Of a stretch of 64,000 nt of DNA, positions 30,886 through 39,894 are shown in pieces. The position numbers and the translations under genes are program-made. The DNA comes from Alphaproteobacteria bacterium. GTDB lineage: Bacteria; Pseudomonadota; Alphaproteobacteria; UBA7985. The stretch's first letter is position 1; the number at the start of each line of letters is the position of its first letter. The notes below the pieces were generated by a model. It saw nothing but the letters and a program-made list of their open reading frames with translations, was not told where the DNA came from and made no database searches. Location of the stretch: assembly GCA_965229645.1 (NCBI GenBank), contig OZ245893.1:448323-512322 (forward strand). Direction: 5' to 3'.

Positions 30886-31020
30886 TTCACCCGTGGAGAA
30901 GTGAATTTCAGCGCCGACCTCATTGATTGCTCTGCGATCTGTGCCCGCAAAAGCGTCGCGCACGAGCAGGTCGCCGAGGGCGCAGTAAGTGTGTTCGTTG
31001 GCCAGTTTGGCGCGGGTGTC
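30886..31020 (-). pseudogene. Diverged fragment of a glycerate kinase 3' end (last 45 or so codons), copy C
   Basis: The minus-strand translation MTLKADTRAKLANEHTYCALGDLLVRDAFAGT aligns to the C-terminus of the intact kinase at 40134 (MTLNAETRAQLANNDAYPALQTLGGLIVRGATGT). Confidence 0.55.
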
Positions 31021-31107
31021 GGCCTTGAGGGTCATCTTCTTGAAGGCGGAACGTAAAGCGCCAACGCGGCTTTGCTCAGAATCTATTTGGCGAGGCGCTG
31101 ATCTCAG

Positions 31108-31389
31108 CTAACTGACAGCCTGATGGATGATTGATTTTATCAGCGTTTGGTAGGGCACGCCGTCGCGAAACGCCTGCGCCTTCACACGTGCAAGGTCGCT
31201 ATGGGCGATGCGGATCGAAATTTTCTCGCTTCCTTCATTGAGCCTGTTGCGCGCCGCTTCCTGCATTTGGGCTTTGAGTTCAGGGGTGAGAAGGCTCTCC
31301 CTGGGCACATGGGCGTCGGATTCAAGGGCCTCTACCAACTCTCGCTCCTCCTCATCGAGGGTGTTCTCTACATAGGGGTCTTTTTTCAT
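31108..31389 (-). CDS. brnA: BrnA antitoxin (RHH-type)
   Basis: 93 aa. It overlaps brnT by 4 bp (ATGA) and has a typical BrnA C-terminal ribbon-helix-helix. Confidence 0.75.
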   Translation of the reverse strand: MKKDPYVENTLDEEERELVEALESDAHVPRESLLTPELKAQMQEAARNRLNEGSEKISIRIAHSDLARVKAQAFRDGVPYQTLIKSIIHQAVS

Positions 31390-31679
31390 GAGGCGTCCTT
31401 CTTCAAGTAAAAGGCCGTTTCGTTACGGCTGGGAAATACGGTTTTGAGAAACCAGGTACCGTCATCCTCCATCACGAAAGGAACGACGTAGGCGTAGTTT
31501 TCGATGTTGAGGATAGCGAGGCGCTGATGGGCACTTGTTGGGTGAGGTCGCACGTCAAGGATTCGACCATCAGCAATCGCGACGACGCAGTCGGCAAAAG
31601 TCACGCCATTACGAGAGGTTTCCGCTTGAAGTTTCTTCTCCTTTTCACTGCTCCAGCGGAACTTTTGCATGTCTTCCAT
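31386..31679 (-). CDS. brnT: BrnT toxin (DUF497 ribonuclease)
   Basis: 97 aa, with DUF497-like motifs (WSSEKEKKLQAE and TFADCV). Confidence 0.8.
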   Translation of the reverse strand: MEDMQKFRWSSEKEKKLQAETSRNGVTFADCVVAIADGRILDVRPHPTSAHQRLAILNIENYAYVVPFVMEDDGTWFLKTVFPSRNETAFYLKKDAS

Positions 31680-31745
31680 TGTATGGACAAACGAGTCGTT
31701 GTCAAAGGAATTTCAAGAAATGGGTTCAGATTGAGGCGGGTCACT

Positions 31746-32115
31746 CAACCTCACCCCCGCACGAAAATCTGTAGGTCCGCCACGTTGGTTCCCGTTGCGC
31801 CGCGCACGATGAGGCCGCCGAGGGCTTTTCGGGCAGGGTAGGCGTTGTTGTTGGTCAGTTGGGCACGGGTGTCAGCAGTGAGGTCATGGTATGATCGACT
31901 AGGTCGCCCGCAGCGTCGTTGGGGCCGTCGATGCCAGCGGTGCTGCCGCTCAAGAAGGCTCAGGGGTCTGGCAGATCCTCTAGGCAGGTCAGGACATGGG
32001 GGGCGAGATCCTGACTAAGGCCGTCCATGCCCGTGCCGCGCAAGATAAGGGTGGTTTCGCCGCCTCAGACCAGCGTGGGCGGGTCGGTGCTGCGGATATG
32101 ATCGGCGATTTGGCC
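31746..32115 (-). pseudogene. Decayed copy of the glycerate kinase 3' end (about 120 codons), copy B
   Basis: It is about 80% identical to 40134-40500 and contains frameshifts and an in-frame stop. Confidence 0.75.
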
Positions 32116-32213
32116 GTTGGTAGTACTTGCGCGCAACTCCCTTTGTGAGCAAGCGGGCAACGGCTCGTCGTCCTCTGGACTCTGCGGGGCCATTCCCTTG
32201 GCGTGAATAGATT

Positions 32214-34001
32214 GTGGATTTTGTTCCAGTTACTCCCTATTCGGAATCTATGCACCTGAAGGATCATAGATGGTATGGCTTTTGGACCATGGGCTCAATC
32301 CCGCACGCGCATGATTTGGGTGCGCTAAGGTTCGCCGATCTTTGCAAGCCTGCCGCCGATTGGCCCCATGGCGACGAGGCTGCAGAGGATCCAAGACGCC
32401 AAGAACGACCGAGTTTTAGACAGGTCGCCCCGTGGCTGCCTGGTCAAATGGACAAAACCCTTCTTGCCGATCCCCAGCTCGCGGCCACGCCCCTATTTGG
32501 TACCTTAAAACCTCAATCGGTTGCGGGAGATATGTTGCCAGAAATGAGGGCGATTTTGGGGGGGAACAAGCCAGATACCTGCAAAGTCTATGAACTCAGC
32601 AGCAAGACCATTGCTTTGCTCAACAGGGGCAGAATTTACCGTCCAACTGTGGGGGAAGACGATCGAGTTACCTATGCCTTGGGCTTCAAGCTTTCTAGGG
32701 CCGCTCACTACAGGCTGTTTGGCGACGCCTCTTCGCCCAACCCTTGGCAAGTTTTGAGTAAGAGGAACTGGCAAATCGTCCAAGAACGCCAACGGCTTGA
32801 CGAGGTGCGGGTTCAAAATCACGAAAATTTGCCAAGGCCTTCCACGGTTATTCCTTTGCAAATCCATCGGCTCGTCGTCTGGCACTTTGCTGAGGGCCGC
32901 CTCATTGCCGTCCCCGAGATCGGCATCGCGGACGATGGAGACGAGGGCCACGCATACCCGTTCGACCTTGCGTGGGAATTGGCAGATGGACTGTCGCGCT
33001 TAGGCGAACTTGTGTGGCTTGGGTATGGCGCAGAACAAAGCGGCGTCGCCTATGCTGAGGGCCAAGATCTTGTTCCAATGTGGATTGAGACTGGCGAGCT
33101 AAGTCTCGGCAAAATTCTGTCCCGCCTTTTGCTAGGTGAGTATGCAGTCTATCAACGTGATCGCCGCACATTTGGCTATAGCTATGCCCGTCTTAAAGAT
33201 ACGAATACAAAGGGGCAGCAAAGCGAACTAAGGCTTGCCGCAGTCCGTGCAGCCCTAAGCCTCACATCCGACTACGATGTGGCCGACCCTGTGCCGTTTG
33301 CTGGGATTGCGCAACCGTTTCAAAACATGGTTCATGCCGCTGGGTTGGAAGGGGCCTGTACGCTGGTTGCCGATCACTCGGACGGACGCAACTTGAGCTT
33401 TCTCGACGACTTTCGCACCAATAGGATCGAACAGGAGTATCGTCTTTTGTTGGTTCTGGCAATTTATCAACGTTATGAAGGGCTTCGTTTGTTGCGGAAA
33501 ATCAGTAAGGGGGTTGAGGGGGAAAAGCGTGATATCCACCAGCGCTTGGCCGAGTTGGACGCGCTCTATAACCAGGTTGCAAACTTGCAAGCCCGCTATC
33601 GCGATCATCAACTGAGCGCGGTGGGTACGCAGTTACTGTTCAACCGTCTTGTCCGAACCCAGTTGGGCCTGGACGAGATCGAGGTCCAACTCAACCAAGA
33701 CATGAGGCTGGTCTTTGAGCGGGAACAAGCCGCCGCTGCCGCCGAAAATGCCCGCGAAGACGCGAAAATGATGCGTGCGCAAGGCAAAATGCAAGCCTGG
33801 GCCAAATGGTTCGGCGCTTTGAGCGCAGGCTTTCTTGCCTTTGTTACAACGCTGCAGATTGGGACTTTGACCGATCAACTCCCCTGGTTGCCCAGGGATG
33901 AGTGGCTTATCCTCCTTGCGGTCGGGGTAGCTCTGTTCGCGGCCTTTGCAGCTTATGTAGCGGGACATGGACTCACGAAACGTGCCCCTGACGTTTCTTA
34001 G
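32214..34001 (+). CDS. Hypothetical 595-aa protein with a central coiled-coil region and two C-terminal TM helices. It is the only unassigned cargo gene of the Cas13a island.
   Basis: The ORF has a GTG start at 32214 (an alternative ATG is at 32250). It is lower in GC than the genome. The C-terminus WAKWFGALSAGFLAFVTTLQIG…WLILLAVGVALFAAFAAYVAG forms two TM helices. It ends 70 bp before the terminal repeat of array 1. Confidence 0.6.
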   Translation: MDFVPVTPYSESMHLKDHRWYGFWTMGSIPHAHDLGALRFADLCKPAADWPHGDEAAEDPRRQERPSFRQVAPWLPGQMDKTLLADPQLAATPLFGTLKPQSVAGDMLPEMRAILGGNKPDTCKVYELSSKTIALLNRGRIYRPTVGEDDRVTYALGFKLSRAAHYRLFGDASSPNPWQVLSKRNWQIVQERQRLDEVRVQNHENLPRPSTVIPLQIHRLVVWHFAEGRLIAVPEIGIADDGDEGHAYPFDLAWELADGLSRLGELVWLGYGAEQSGVAYAEGQDLVPMWIETGELSLGKILSRLLLGEYAVYQRDRRTFGYSYARLKDTNTKGQQSELRLAAVRAALSLTSDYDVADPVPFAGIAQPFQNMVHAAGLEGACTLVADHSDGRNLSFLDDFRTNRIEQEYRLLLVLAIYQRYEGLRLLRKISKGVEGEKRDIHQRLAELDALYNQVANLQARYRDHQLSAVGTQLLFNRLVRTQLGLDEIEVQLNQDMRLVFEREQAAAAAENAREDAKMMRAQGKMQAWAKWFGALSAGFLAFVTTLQIGTLTDQLPWLPRDEWLILLAVGVALFAAFAAYVAGHGLTKRAPDVS

Positions 34002-34071
34002 GCCTGCAATAAACCAGTTCATCAAAACGCGGTGAGGACTTCCAAAACCGCACCCCCACGCCAGGCGGCGC

Positions 34072-35427
34072 GAAGGGGACGGTTTTCAAATCGCCAGGGT
34101 TGGGACCGTCGCCTGGGGTGAATCACTGCTCGAGGAGGGTGCAGGCGGCTTTCAAATAGCCGTGGTTGGGACCGGCTGTTGCTTCCATGACACCGTGGCA
34201 CTGGGTGCAGGCGGCTTTCAAATAGCCGTGGTTGGGACCGTCTGCGGGCACGGGCTCCCAGATCATCGAGGTGCAGGCGGCTTTCAAATAGCCGTGGTTG
34301 GGACCCGCAGACGGTTCGCTGTACGACGTCTACCGGGTGCAGGCGGCTTTCAAATAGCCGTGGTTGGGACCACAAGCACTTTCGATCCGAAATACAAACC
34401 AGGTGCAGGCGGCTTTCAAATAGCCGTGGTTGGGACCTATCCCAACGGGGATTATACGGGCGACTTTGGTGCAGGCGGCTTTCAAATAGCCGTGGTTGGG
34501 ACCGGTGGACCGTGAGGACAAGGGTAAGCAGACGGTGCAGGCGGCTTTCAAATAGCCGTGGTTGGGACCGAAATCCCAGGCGGTGATACAAATTCCGAAG
34601 GTGCAGGCGGCTTTCAAATAGCCGTGGTTGGGACCGCGGATCCTGTACGTTCACGATGTTGCCCCGGTGCAGGCGGCTTTCAAATAGCCGTGGTTGGGAC
34701 CGATCAACGGGCAAAACGTTTTTACGGTTGGGGTGCAGGCGGCTTTCAAATAGCCGTGGTTGGGACTGGCATCTTTCCTTGCTCATCTAGCTTCCTGGGT
34801 GCAGGCGGCTTTCAAATAGCCGTGGTTGGGACCTCAACTTCAAGCAATACTCTGGATTTGCAGGGTGCAGGCGGCTTTCAAATAGCCGTGGTTGGGACCC
34901 GGCTTCTGGTGTAATAGGAATTTTGCTCGGGTGCAGGCGGCTTTCAAATAGCCGTGGTTGGGACCCGATGCTGTAGGCGCCCTTCTGGTCGAGTAGGTGC
35001 AGGCGGCTTTCAAATAGCCGTGGTTGGGACCCCAAGGCTGCGTCGGCGTTCATGCCGAACAGGTGCAGGCGGCTTTCAAATAGCCGTGGTTGGGACCTTG
35101 AACGCGATCCAGATCAAACGCCGATGGGGTGCAGGCGGCTTTCAAATAGCCGTGGTTGGGACCGGGTCGCTCGGTCATGGCCAAGCAGCGCCAGGTGCAG
35201 GCGGCTTTCAAATAGCCGTGGTTGGGACCGCCCGAAGGCTCGCCGAGACGGGCAGGGTTGGTGCAGGCGGCTTTCAAATAGCCGTGGTTGGGACCCATTG
35301 TACCACATGCGGTACACGCCTGGGAGGTGCAGGCGGCTTTCAAATAGCCGTGGTTGGGACCGACTGTGACGGGCGACGTTGCAACCGACTTGGTGCAGGC
35401 GGCTTTCAAATAGCCGTGGTTGGGACC
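34072..35427 (-). CRISPR. CRISPR array 1 with 21 repeats of 36 nt (one degenerate at 34072-34107) and 20 spacers of uniform 30 nt
   Basis: The plus-strand repeat is GGTGCAGGCGGCTTTCAAATAGCCGTGGTTGGGACC, with an exact 66-bp period from 34138 to 35427. Repeat 10 ends in T. The degenerate repeat is at the cas13a-distal end. Confidence 0.95.
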
Positions 35428-35515
35428 AGGATTGTTGCAAGTCATTAAAAATGCTTCGGAATCCTGGGTGAGTCGGATTAGGAATTACCTTGATTGGCAC
35501 TTTGTCAAGACTGGA
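35428..35515 (-). promoter_or_regulatory. Putative leader/promoter of array 1 (AT-richer, between the cas13a stop and the first repeat)
   Basis: Inferred from the array polarity and AT content. Confidence 0.4.
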
Positions 35516-38500
35516 TCAGTCATTTTTTCCTTGTCCATAAGCAAGTTTCTCTAGGGTTTTCAAGAACGTAGTGGAAACGCGGTCCACCTCGAACTTTGCC
35601 TCCGTAAAGGAAGCAAGATGCCAGACGGGAACTGCGCTCAGCCCACCTTCTTGAGGTTTATGGAGGCGGTGCTCATCGCAAGTTTCCCATCTGACTTCAA
35701 TACCTTCATCGAGCATGAGATCCTTGATTGCCTTTGATACGGCGTTGCGCAATTTGCGATCATAGGTCATGAGCCTGCGGACGTCGTTGATAAGGCTGGT
35801 GAGATTGAGCCCCGGCTTCAAGATTGTAAAGTGCGCGAAGGCGTTGCGAATTTTGGCCTGTTCCTCGCCAAAATACTTGTTGTAAAGAGATTGATTGTCT
35901 TGCGTGAGGTTTTCCAACACAAGTGGGCCGCGTTTGAAGCTGGGTCGGTCGCTCAATTTCTTGGCGAATTCATACAGATCCTGGTTTCCATGGCCCTGTT
36001 GACGTTGATAGAGCGCTAAGGCGACGAAAAGCGCATCCCGCTCCCACGTTGCGCTAAAATCGATGAGGCGAGAGACCAGTCGCATGAGCAAAATATGAAG
36101 GCGTGTCATGTCGCTGAGCCGCACCCGTTCCGCTAAGAACTTAAATTTGTTTAGCGCCTCCGTGATCTTTTGATACTCGGCGGTTTCTTCTGCATCCAGG
36201 TGATTTTTCTTCGACTTAACGATTTTATTGTGAAGATCGTGCTTCTTCTTCTCAAAACCCGCAACACGAGGTAAGTCACGCAAGTAGCTGGACACCTCAG
36301 CTTCGGAAATTTTGCTGGTCGCGTGCAGGTTTTGTAGGAGGGGCAAGGTGCCAAAGCGCAAAATTTGTCGTAAGCCAGTTTTGAGACCTTCAACGCGTCG
36401 TTCCTCTGCGGCCTTCGCACCAACGGACAAATCTTGCTGCGGGGCAAAGACCCGCTGGAAATGGCCCCGATCTTCAAAAAGGTCCGCCACGTCGGCCAAA
36501 CCGCCCGACGTTTCAAGGATGTTGACCATGTGCGCGCCAGCCATTTTTCCGTAGAGCAGACAAAGATCGCGCAGTTTGCGAGCGTAGTCGCTGTGCTCAT
36601 CGGGACGCGTCTCTTTGGTTTCCAGAACGCGGGCCTTGACGAACTGAGTCATGAGTCGGCTGGTATCCTGCACTGGCACCAAGTAGAGAAACACGTAAAA
36701 CAAGGCCTCCCAATCTTCGAGATCTCGATCTAGACCAGCGTCTTCAAAGGCGGGGGGATGCGCGACATATGTTCGTTTCTCCAGTCGGCCGCGCGCGAGC
36801 CATTGGAAGGGTTTGCCTTGCGGCGACTCTAGGAATTGGGCGAAGAGCAGGGCGAAGAAATCACATTTCAAGTCCTCGATCGCGTGAGAGTTCTTTCGTG
36901 CTTTCTTTCTGTCGGCCACGTAGGTTCGATTCTGCCGCGTTTCGGCGGCGACAACTTGGGTCAGTTGATCGAACCATTCTTGGAGATTCTTGCCAGGATG
37001 CAGTTGCGGGACTTGGGTCAAGCGCGACTCAACTAGGTCCGCGAAGGGCCCCGTGTTGTTCATGGCCTTGGCACGCGCGGTCGCCTCTCTAATTACTTGG
37101 TCGGCCGCATCGGCGAACTTTGACGTGCCGTTGTTTTCTATCAGCCAAACCCGAAAGGCAGAATTGTAGATCAGTTGCAAAGCACCGAAATGACAGGTCG
37201 CCGCTTCGTCATTTTTTGTTACCGTACTTATCTTATCGGGGAACTGCGATCGGGTGTCGTCTTTTGGGAAATGGCCTTTAAGGTTGTGATTGCGATGCAG
37301 GATCCGCCCAAATCGAGGGATCAGCAAATCGCGATCGGGCTCGAGCAGTGAGGCCTTGAACAGGTCCTCAACCTCTCTATGGCCAGGAACAAACCACGGC
37401 ACCTTTAGGGCCATGATCACATCCTTAGATCGCTGCTTCAGGCCCCGCATGTCGGTTTCTAGCCGTGCGCGCGCGAAGGCGAGCAAGTCAGAAAAGCCCT
37501 CGACGTCGTTCCAATTCCCCGCAACTTCAAGTTTGTGAAGGCTGGCCTTGAGCTTCGCGGCGTCGCCAAAATGAAAGACTTGAGTGCGCAATCGCGCCGC
37601 CACCCTCAGTAGTGCGAACAACCGTTGCTTTGCCAGTTGCTCATCTTCGGTCGCAAAGACCGAGTCATCCCCGTGGGAGTCACCGCCAGCCTCGTTCAAA
37701 GGATCGCCAAAGACAAGTTTGGCCATGCGGTTATAGTGCGGCAAACCCACGAAACACTTCGTGGTCGCCTTTATTCCGACCTCATTCGAAAGAATGTCGT
37801 CGTCCACATAAGCCGTTTCAGGGCCGAAAATTTCACCTTTTGGATCGGCCCAGTATTTTAAGGTGCGGCTAGCTTGCGAAATGGCGGTGCGCCAGAATCG
37901 TTCGAAGGCTTCGGAGTGCTTAAGCGCCGTGAGCGCAGACGACGTTTTTAGGGCCTGCATGCAGGCGGGCATCTGCTCTGCCGAGTGCGCGCGTCGGGCC
38001 GCGTGGTAGATATTACGGCCTTCGCGGATCAAGGCGGTCATGGTGGCGTTGCCTTGCTTGCGGTTTAGGGCACGCACCAGCGACGCCATGTCGGCGGGCA
38101 AGCGATAGGAAAGCGGTGTGCGCGTGTTTTGGAGGTGCCGAGTGGACTTGCGTACCTTGTTGGCGTAGAATTTTTTGACCTGGTTGTGCAGGTCAAGCAA
38201 GTCGCGATCGGACGAAGTGAACTTTTGGCCTGGCTTTTTTAAGGGCGCAAAGTGGTCCGATAAGATCTTCCCAAAAAGTGTCGTGCCAACAGGCTCGTTC
38301 TGACTTTCGCGCCTGCGCACCTCTGAAAAAATATGGGCGGCTACGTTGGCGTACGTCCCTTGCTGATAGGCCTTAAGGCGCGGCTCGGACAGCTCCAAGC
38401 TCGGGCGCTCTGTGTTTTGGGCCGCGGTCCAAAGGTTGGAGGTCCTAATGCTATTGGCCCGGTGCCAAATCAATCCGTGACCAGATTTTTTTTGACCCGA

Positions 38501-39016
38501 GGCCGAGACTTTCGCGGTGAACAGGTGGGCGTCGATGTTTTGGGCAATCTGCTTGTAGTTGGGGTTTCCTTGCGCGTCTTGCGCCCAGAGGGCTGTCTTG
38601 AGGCGTCCATAAATTCGATCAGGCTGAGCGCCCGCAGGGGCCCTGTCCCTTAAGGCCCTCAAGTCCTCCTCGGCCGTTGGAAAGTCCGCGTAGGGATGCA
38701 GCTTCGCCCGCCAAAATTCGAACTTGGCGCCGACGTTCTTACGGCTGATAAGTTCCCACACGGCCTGGCCCAACTGCTCGCGCCGTTCGTAGCGCTCAAC
38801 AGACATGAGGCGCAGGTTCTTTTCTTTGGTGAGGACCTTGTCCAGAATTCCGATATATTGCCGCATCAGAATTTTGGCCTCTTTCGATATGAGGGTATGG
38901 AGGTCAGCGTCTCGGTTCTGCTCAGACACAGTGGGCCGCGTTACCTCGACGCGACGCTCCAATTTTGAACCGTCCCAATGCGTTTTACTGTTGCCGATTG
39001 ATGAGATGATTTTCAT
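35516..39016 (-). CDS. cas13a: Cas13a (C2c2), the type VI-A CRISPR RNA-guided RNase
   Basis: 1166 aa, flanked on both sides by CRISPR arrays. It has two R-x4-H HEPN motifs, RTQVFH at aa 476-481 and RNAFAH at aa 1057-1062, a placement that matches Cas13a. It is lower in GC than the flanking DNA. Confidence 0.85.
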   Translation of the reverse strand: MKIISSIGNSKTHWDGSKLERRVEVTRPTVSEQNRDADLHTLISKEAKILMRQYIGILDKVLTKEKNLRLMSVERYERREQLGQAVWELISRKNVGAKFEFWRAKLHPYADFPTAEEDLRALRDRAPAGAQPDRIYGRLKTALWAQDAQGNPNYKQIAQNIDAHLFTAKVSASGQKKSGHGLIWHRANSIRTSNLWTAAQNTERPSLELSEPRLKAYQQGTYANVAAHIFSEVRRRESQNEPVGTTLFGKILSDHFAPLKKPGQKFTSSDRDLLDLHNQVKKFYANKVRKSTRHLQNTRTPLSYRLPADMASLVRALNRKQGNATMTALIREGRNIYHAARRAHSAEQMPACMQALKTSSALTALKHSEAFERFWRTAISQASRTLKYWADPKGEIFGPETAYVDDDILSNEVGIKATTKCFVGLPHYNRMAKLVFGDPLNEAGGDSHGDDSVFATEDEQLAKQRLFALLRVAARLRTQVFHFGDAAKLKASLHKLEVAGNWNDVEGFSDLLAFARARLETDMRGLKQRSKDVIMALKVPWFVPGHREVEDLFKASLLEPDRDLLIPRFGRILHRNHNLKGHFPKDDTRSQFPDKISTVTKNDEAATCHFGALQLIYNSAFRVWLIENNGTSKFADAADQVIREATARAKAMNNTGPFADLVESRLTQVPQLHPGKNLQEWFDQLTQVVAAETRQNRTYVADRKKARKNSHAIEDLKCDFFALLFAQFLESPQGKPFQWLARGRLEKRTYVAHPPAFEDAGLDRDLEDWEALFYVFLYLVPVQDTSRLMTQFVKARVLETKETRPDEHSDYARKLRDLCLLYGKMAGAHMVNILETSGGLADVADLFEDRGHFQRVFAPQQDLSVGAKAAEERRVEGLKTGLRQILRFGTLPLLQNLHATSKISEAEVSSYLRDLPRVAGFEKKKHDLHNKIVKSKKNHLDAEETAEYQKITEALNKFKFLAERVRLSDMTRLHILLMRLVSRLIDFSATWERDALFVALALYQRQQGHGNQDLYEFAKKLSDRPSFKRGPLVLENLTQDNQSLYNKYFGEEQAKIRNAFAHFTILKPGLNLTSLINDVRRLMTYDRKLRNAVSKAIKDLMLDEGIEVRWETCDEHRLHKPQEGGLSAVPVWHLASFTEAKFEVDRVSTTFLKTLEKLAYGQGKND

Positions 39017-39166
39017 GCCGAACCTCAGCCAAAGTACCTAAGTGCCAATTCACGGACGTTGCCTCGTGAACCTCAGGTCTTTGGGGTTAGAGAACCGCTG
39101 TTACAAAAACAAGGGCTTCGATAGAGTCTCAACGCACGAGTACGAGGGCCGTCGCAACGGGCTGCT

Positions 39167-39894
39167 GGGTGTTACTGTAGCCGATGTTTGAACCGAGGTC
39201 GTCCTCGAGTCATCCCAAAGTTGGGGGTGTTGGCGGCTGTCACTGTAGCCGATGTTTTAACCCACGGACAGCTGAAAGAAGGAGGTACCTATCAAGGGTT
39301 TTGGCGGCTGTCACTGTAGCCGATGTTTTAACCCACGGACAGCTGAAAGAAGGAGGTACCTATCAAGGGTTTTGGCGGCTGTCACTGTAGCCGATGTTTT
39401 AACCCAGACCCCGAAAACGTCAATGTAGTTGAAGTCGGTGTTGGCGGCTGTCACTGTAGCCGATGTTTTAACCTCCTACAAAATTCCGGGGGGGAGTCTA
39501 ACTCTCACGGTGTTGGCGGCTGTCACTGTAGCCGATGTTTTAACCCAGTTCGATGGACTGGTGGGCGGATCCGCCAGGGTGTTGGCGGCTGTCACTGTAG
39601 CCGATGTTTTAACCGAAGGTTTTGTAGCCAGCTTTACCCCGTATAGTGGGTGTTGGCGGCTGTCACTGTAGCCGATGTTTTAACCGACGAGGAATACATC
39701 CTCGTCATGACACCCTGGTGTTGGCGGCTGTCACTGTAGCCGATGTTTTAACCAAAATAAGAAGGCTGACGTAAAAGTCAGACTTCGGTGTTGGCGGCTG
39801 TCACTGTAGCCGATGTTTTAACCTGGGCTACGGCTTGTTTGTGCCGCACAACGACGCGGTGTTGGCGGCTGTCACTGTAGCCGATGTTTTAACC
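39167..39894 (-). CRISPR. CRISPR array 2 with 11 repeats of 37 nt (one truncated terminal repeat and two G-to-T variants) and 10 spacers of 31-35 nt
   Basis: The plus-strand repeat is GGTGTTGGCGGCTGTCACTGTAGCCGATGTTTTAACC. Repeats 2 and 3 read GGTTTTGG…. Spacers 1 and 2 are identical. The truncated repeat (39167-39194) lies next to cas13a. Confidence 0.95.

Noticed and set aside
32214-34001. Possible HEPN-like R-x4-H (RLVVWH) in the 595-aa protein
   Set aside because: It is a single occurrence in a hydrophobic context with no supporting fold evidence, so I did not call it a nuclease motif.
35296-35325. Self-targeting check for spacers, for example the palindromic GTACCACATGCGGTAC in an array 1 spacer
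   Set aside because: I cannot search all 30 spacers against the window or the genome by eye, and noticed no match, so I make no claim.
34022-35500. Track ORFs inside array 1 with periodic SQPRLFESRLH / GAGGFQIAVVGT peptides
   Set aside because: These are artefacts of translating the 66-bp repeat-spacer periodicity and are not genes.
35516-39016. Alternative identity of the large effector as Cas13b or Cas13d
   Set aside because: Cas13b has its HEPN motifs at the extreme N- and C-termini and is associated with Csx27/Csx28. Cas13d is about 930 aa. Here the motifs are at aa 476 and aa 1057 of 1166, and the repeat geometry (11-nt 5' flank, stem-loop, 8-nt 3' flank) fits Cas13a.
39184-39671. Track ORFs inside array 2 (LAAVTVADVLT repeats)
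   Set aside because: The same artefact, produced by translating the CRISPR repeats.
34072-39894. Plus-strand transcription of the arrays
   Set aside because: The degenerate or truncated repeats sit at the low-coordinate ends and the AT-richer candidate leaders at the high-coordinate ends. On the minus strand the repeat flanks match the Cas13a direct-repeat geometry, and cas13a is also on the minus strand.
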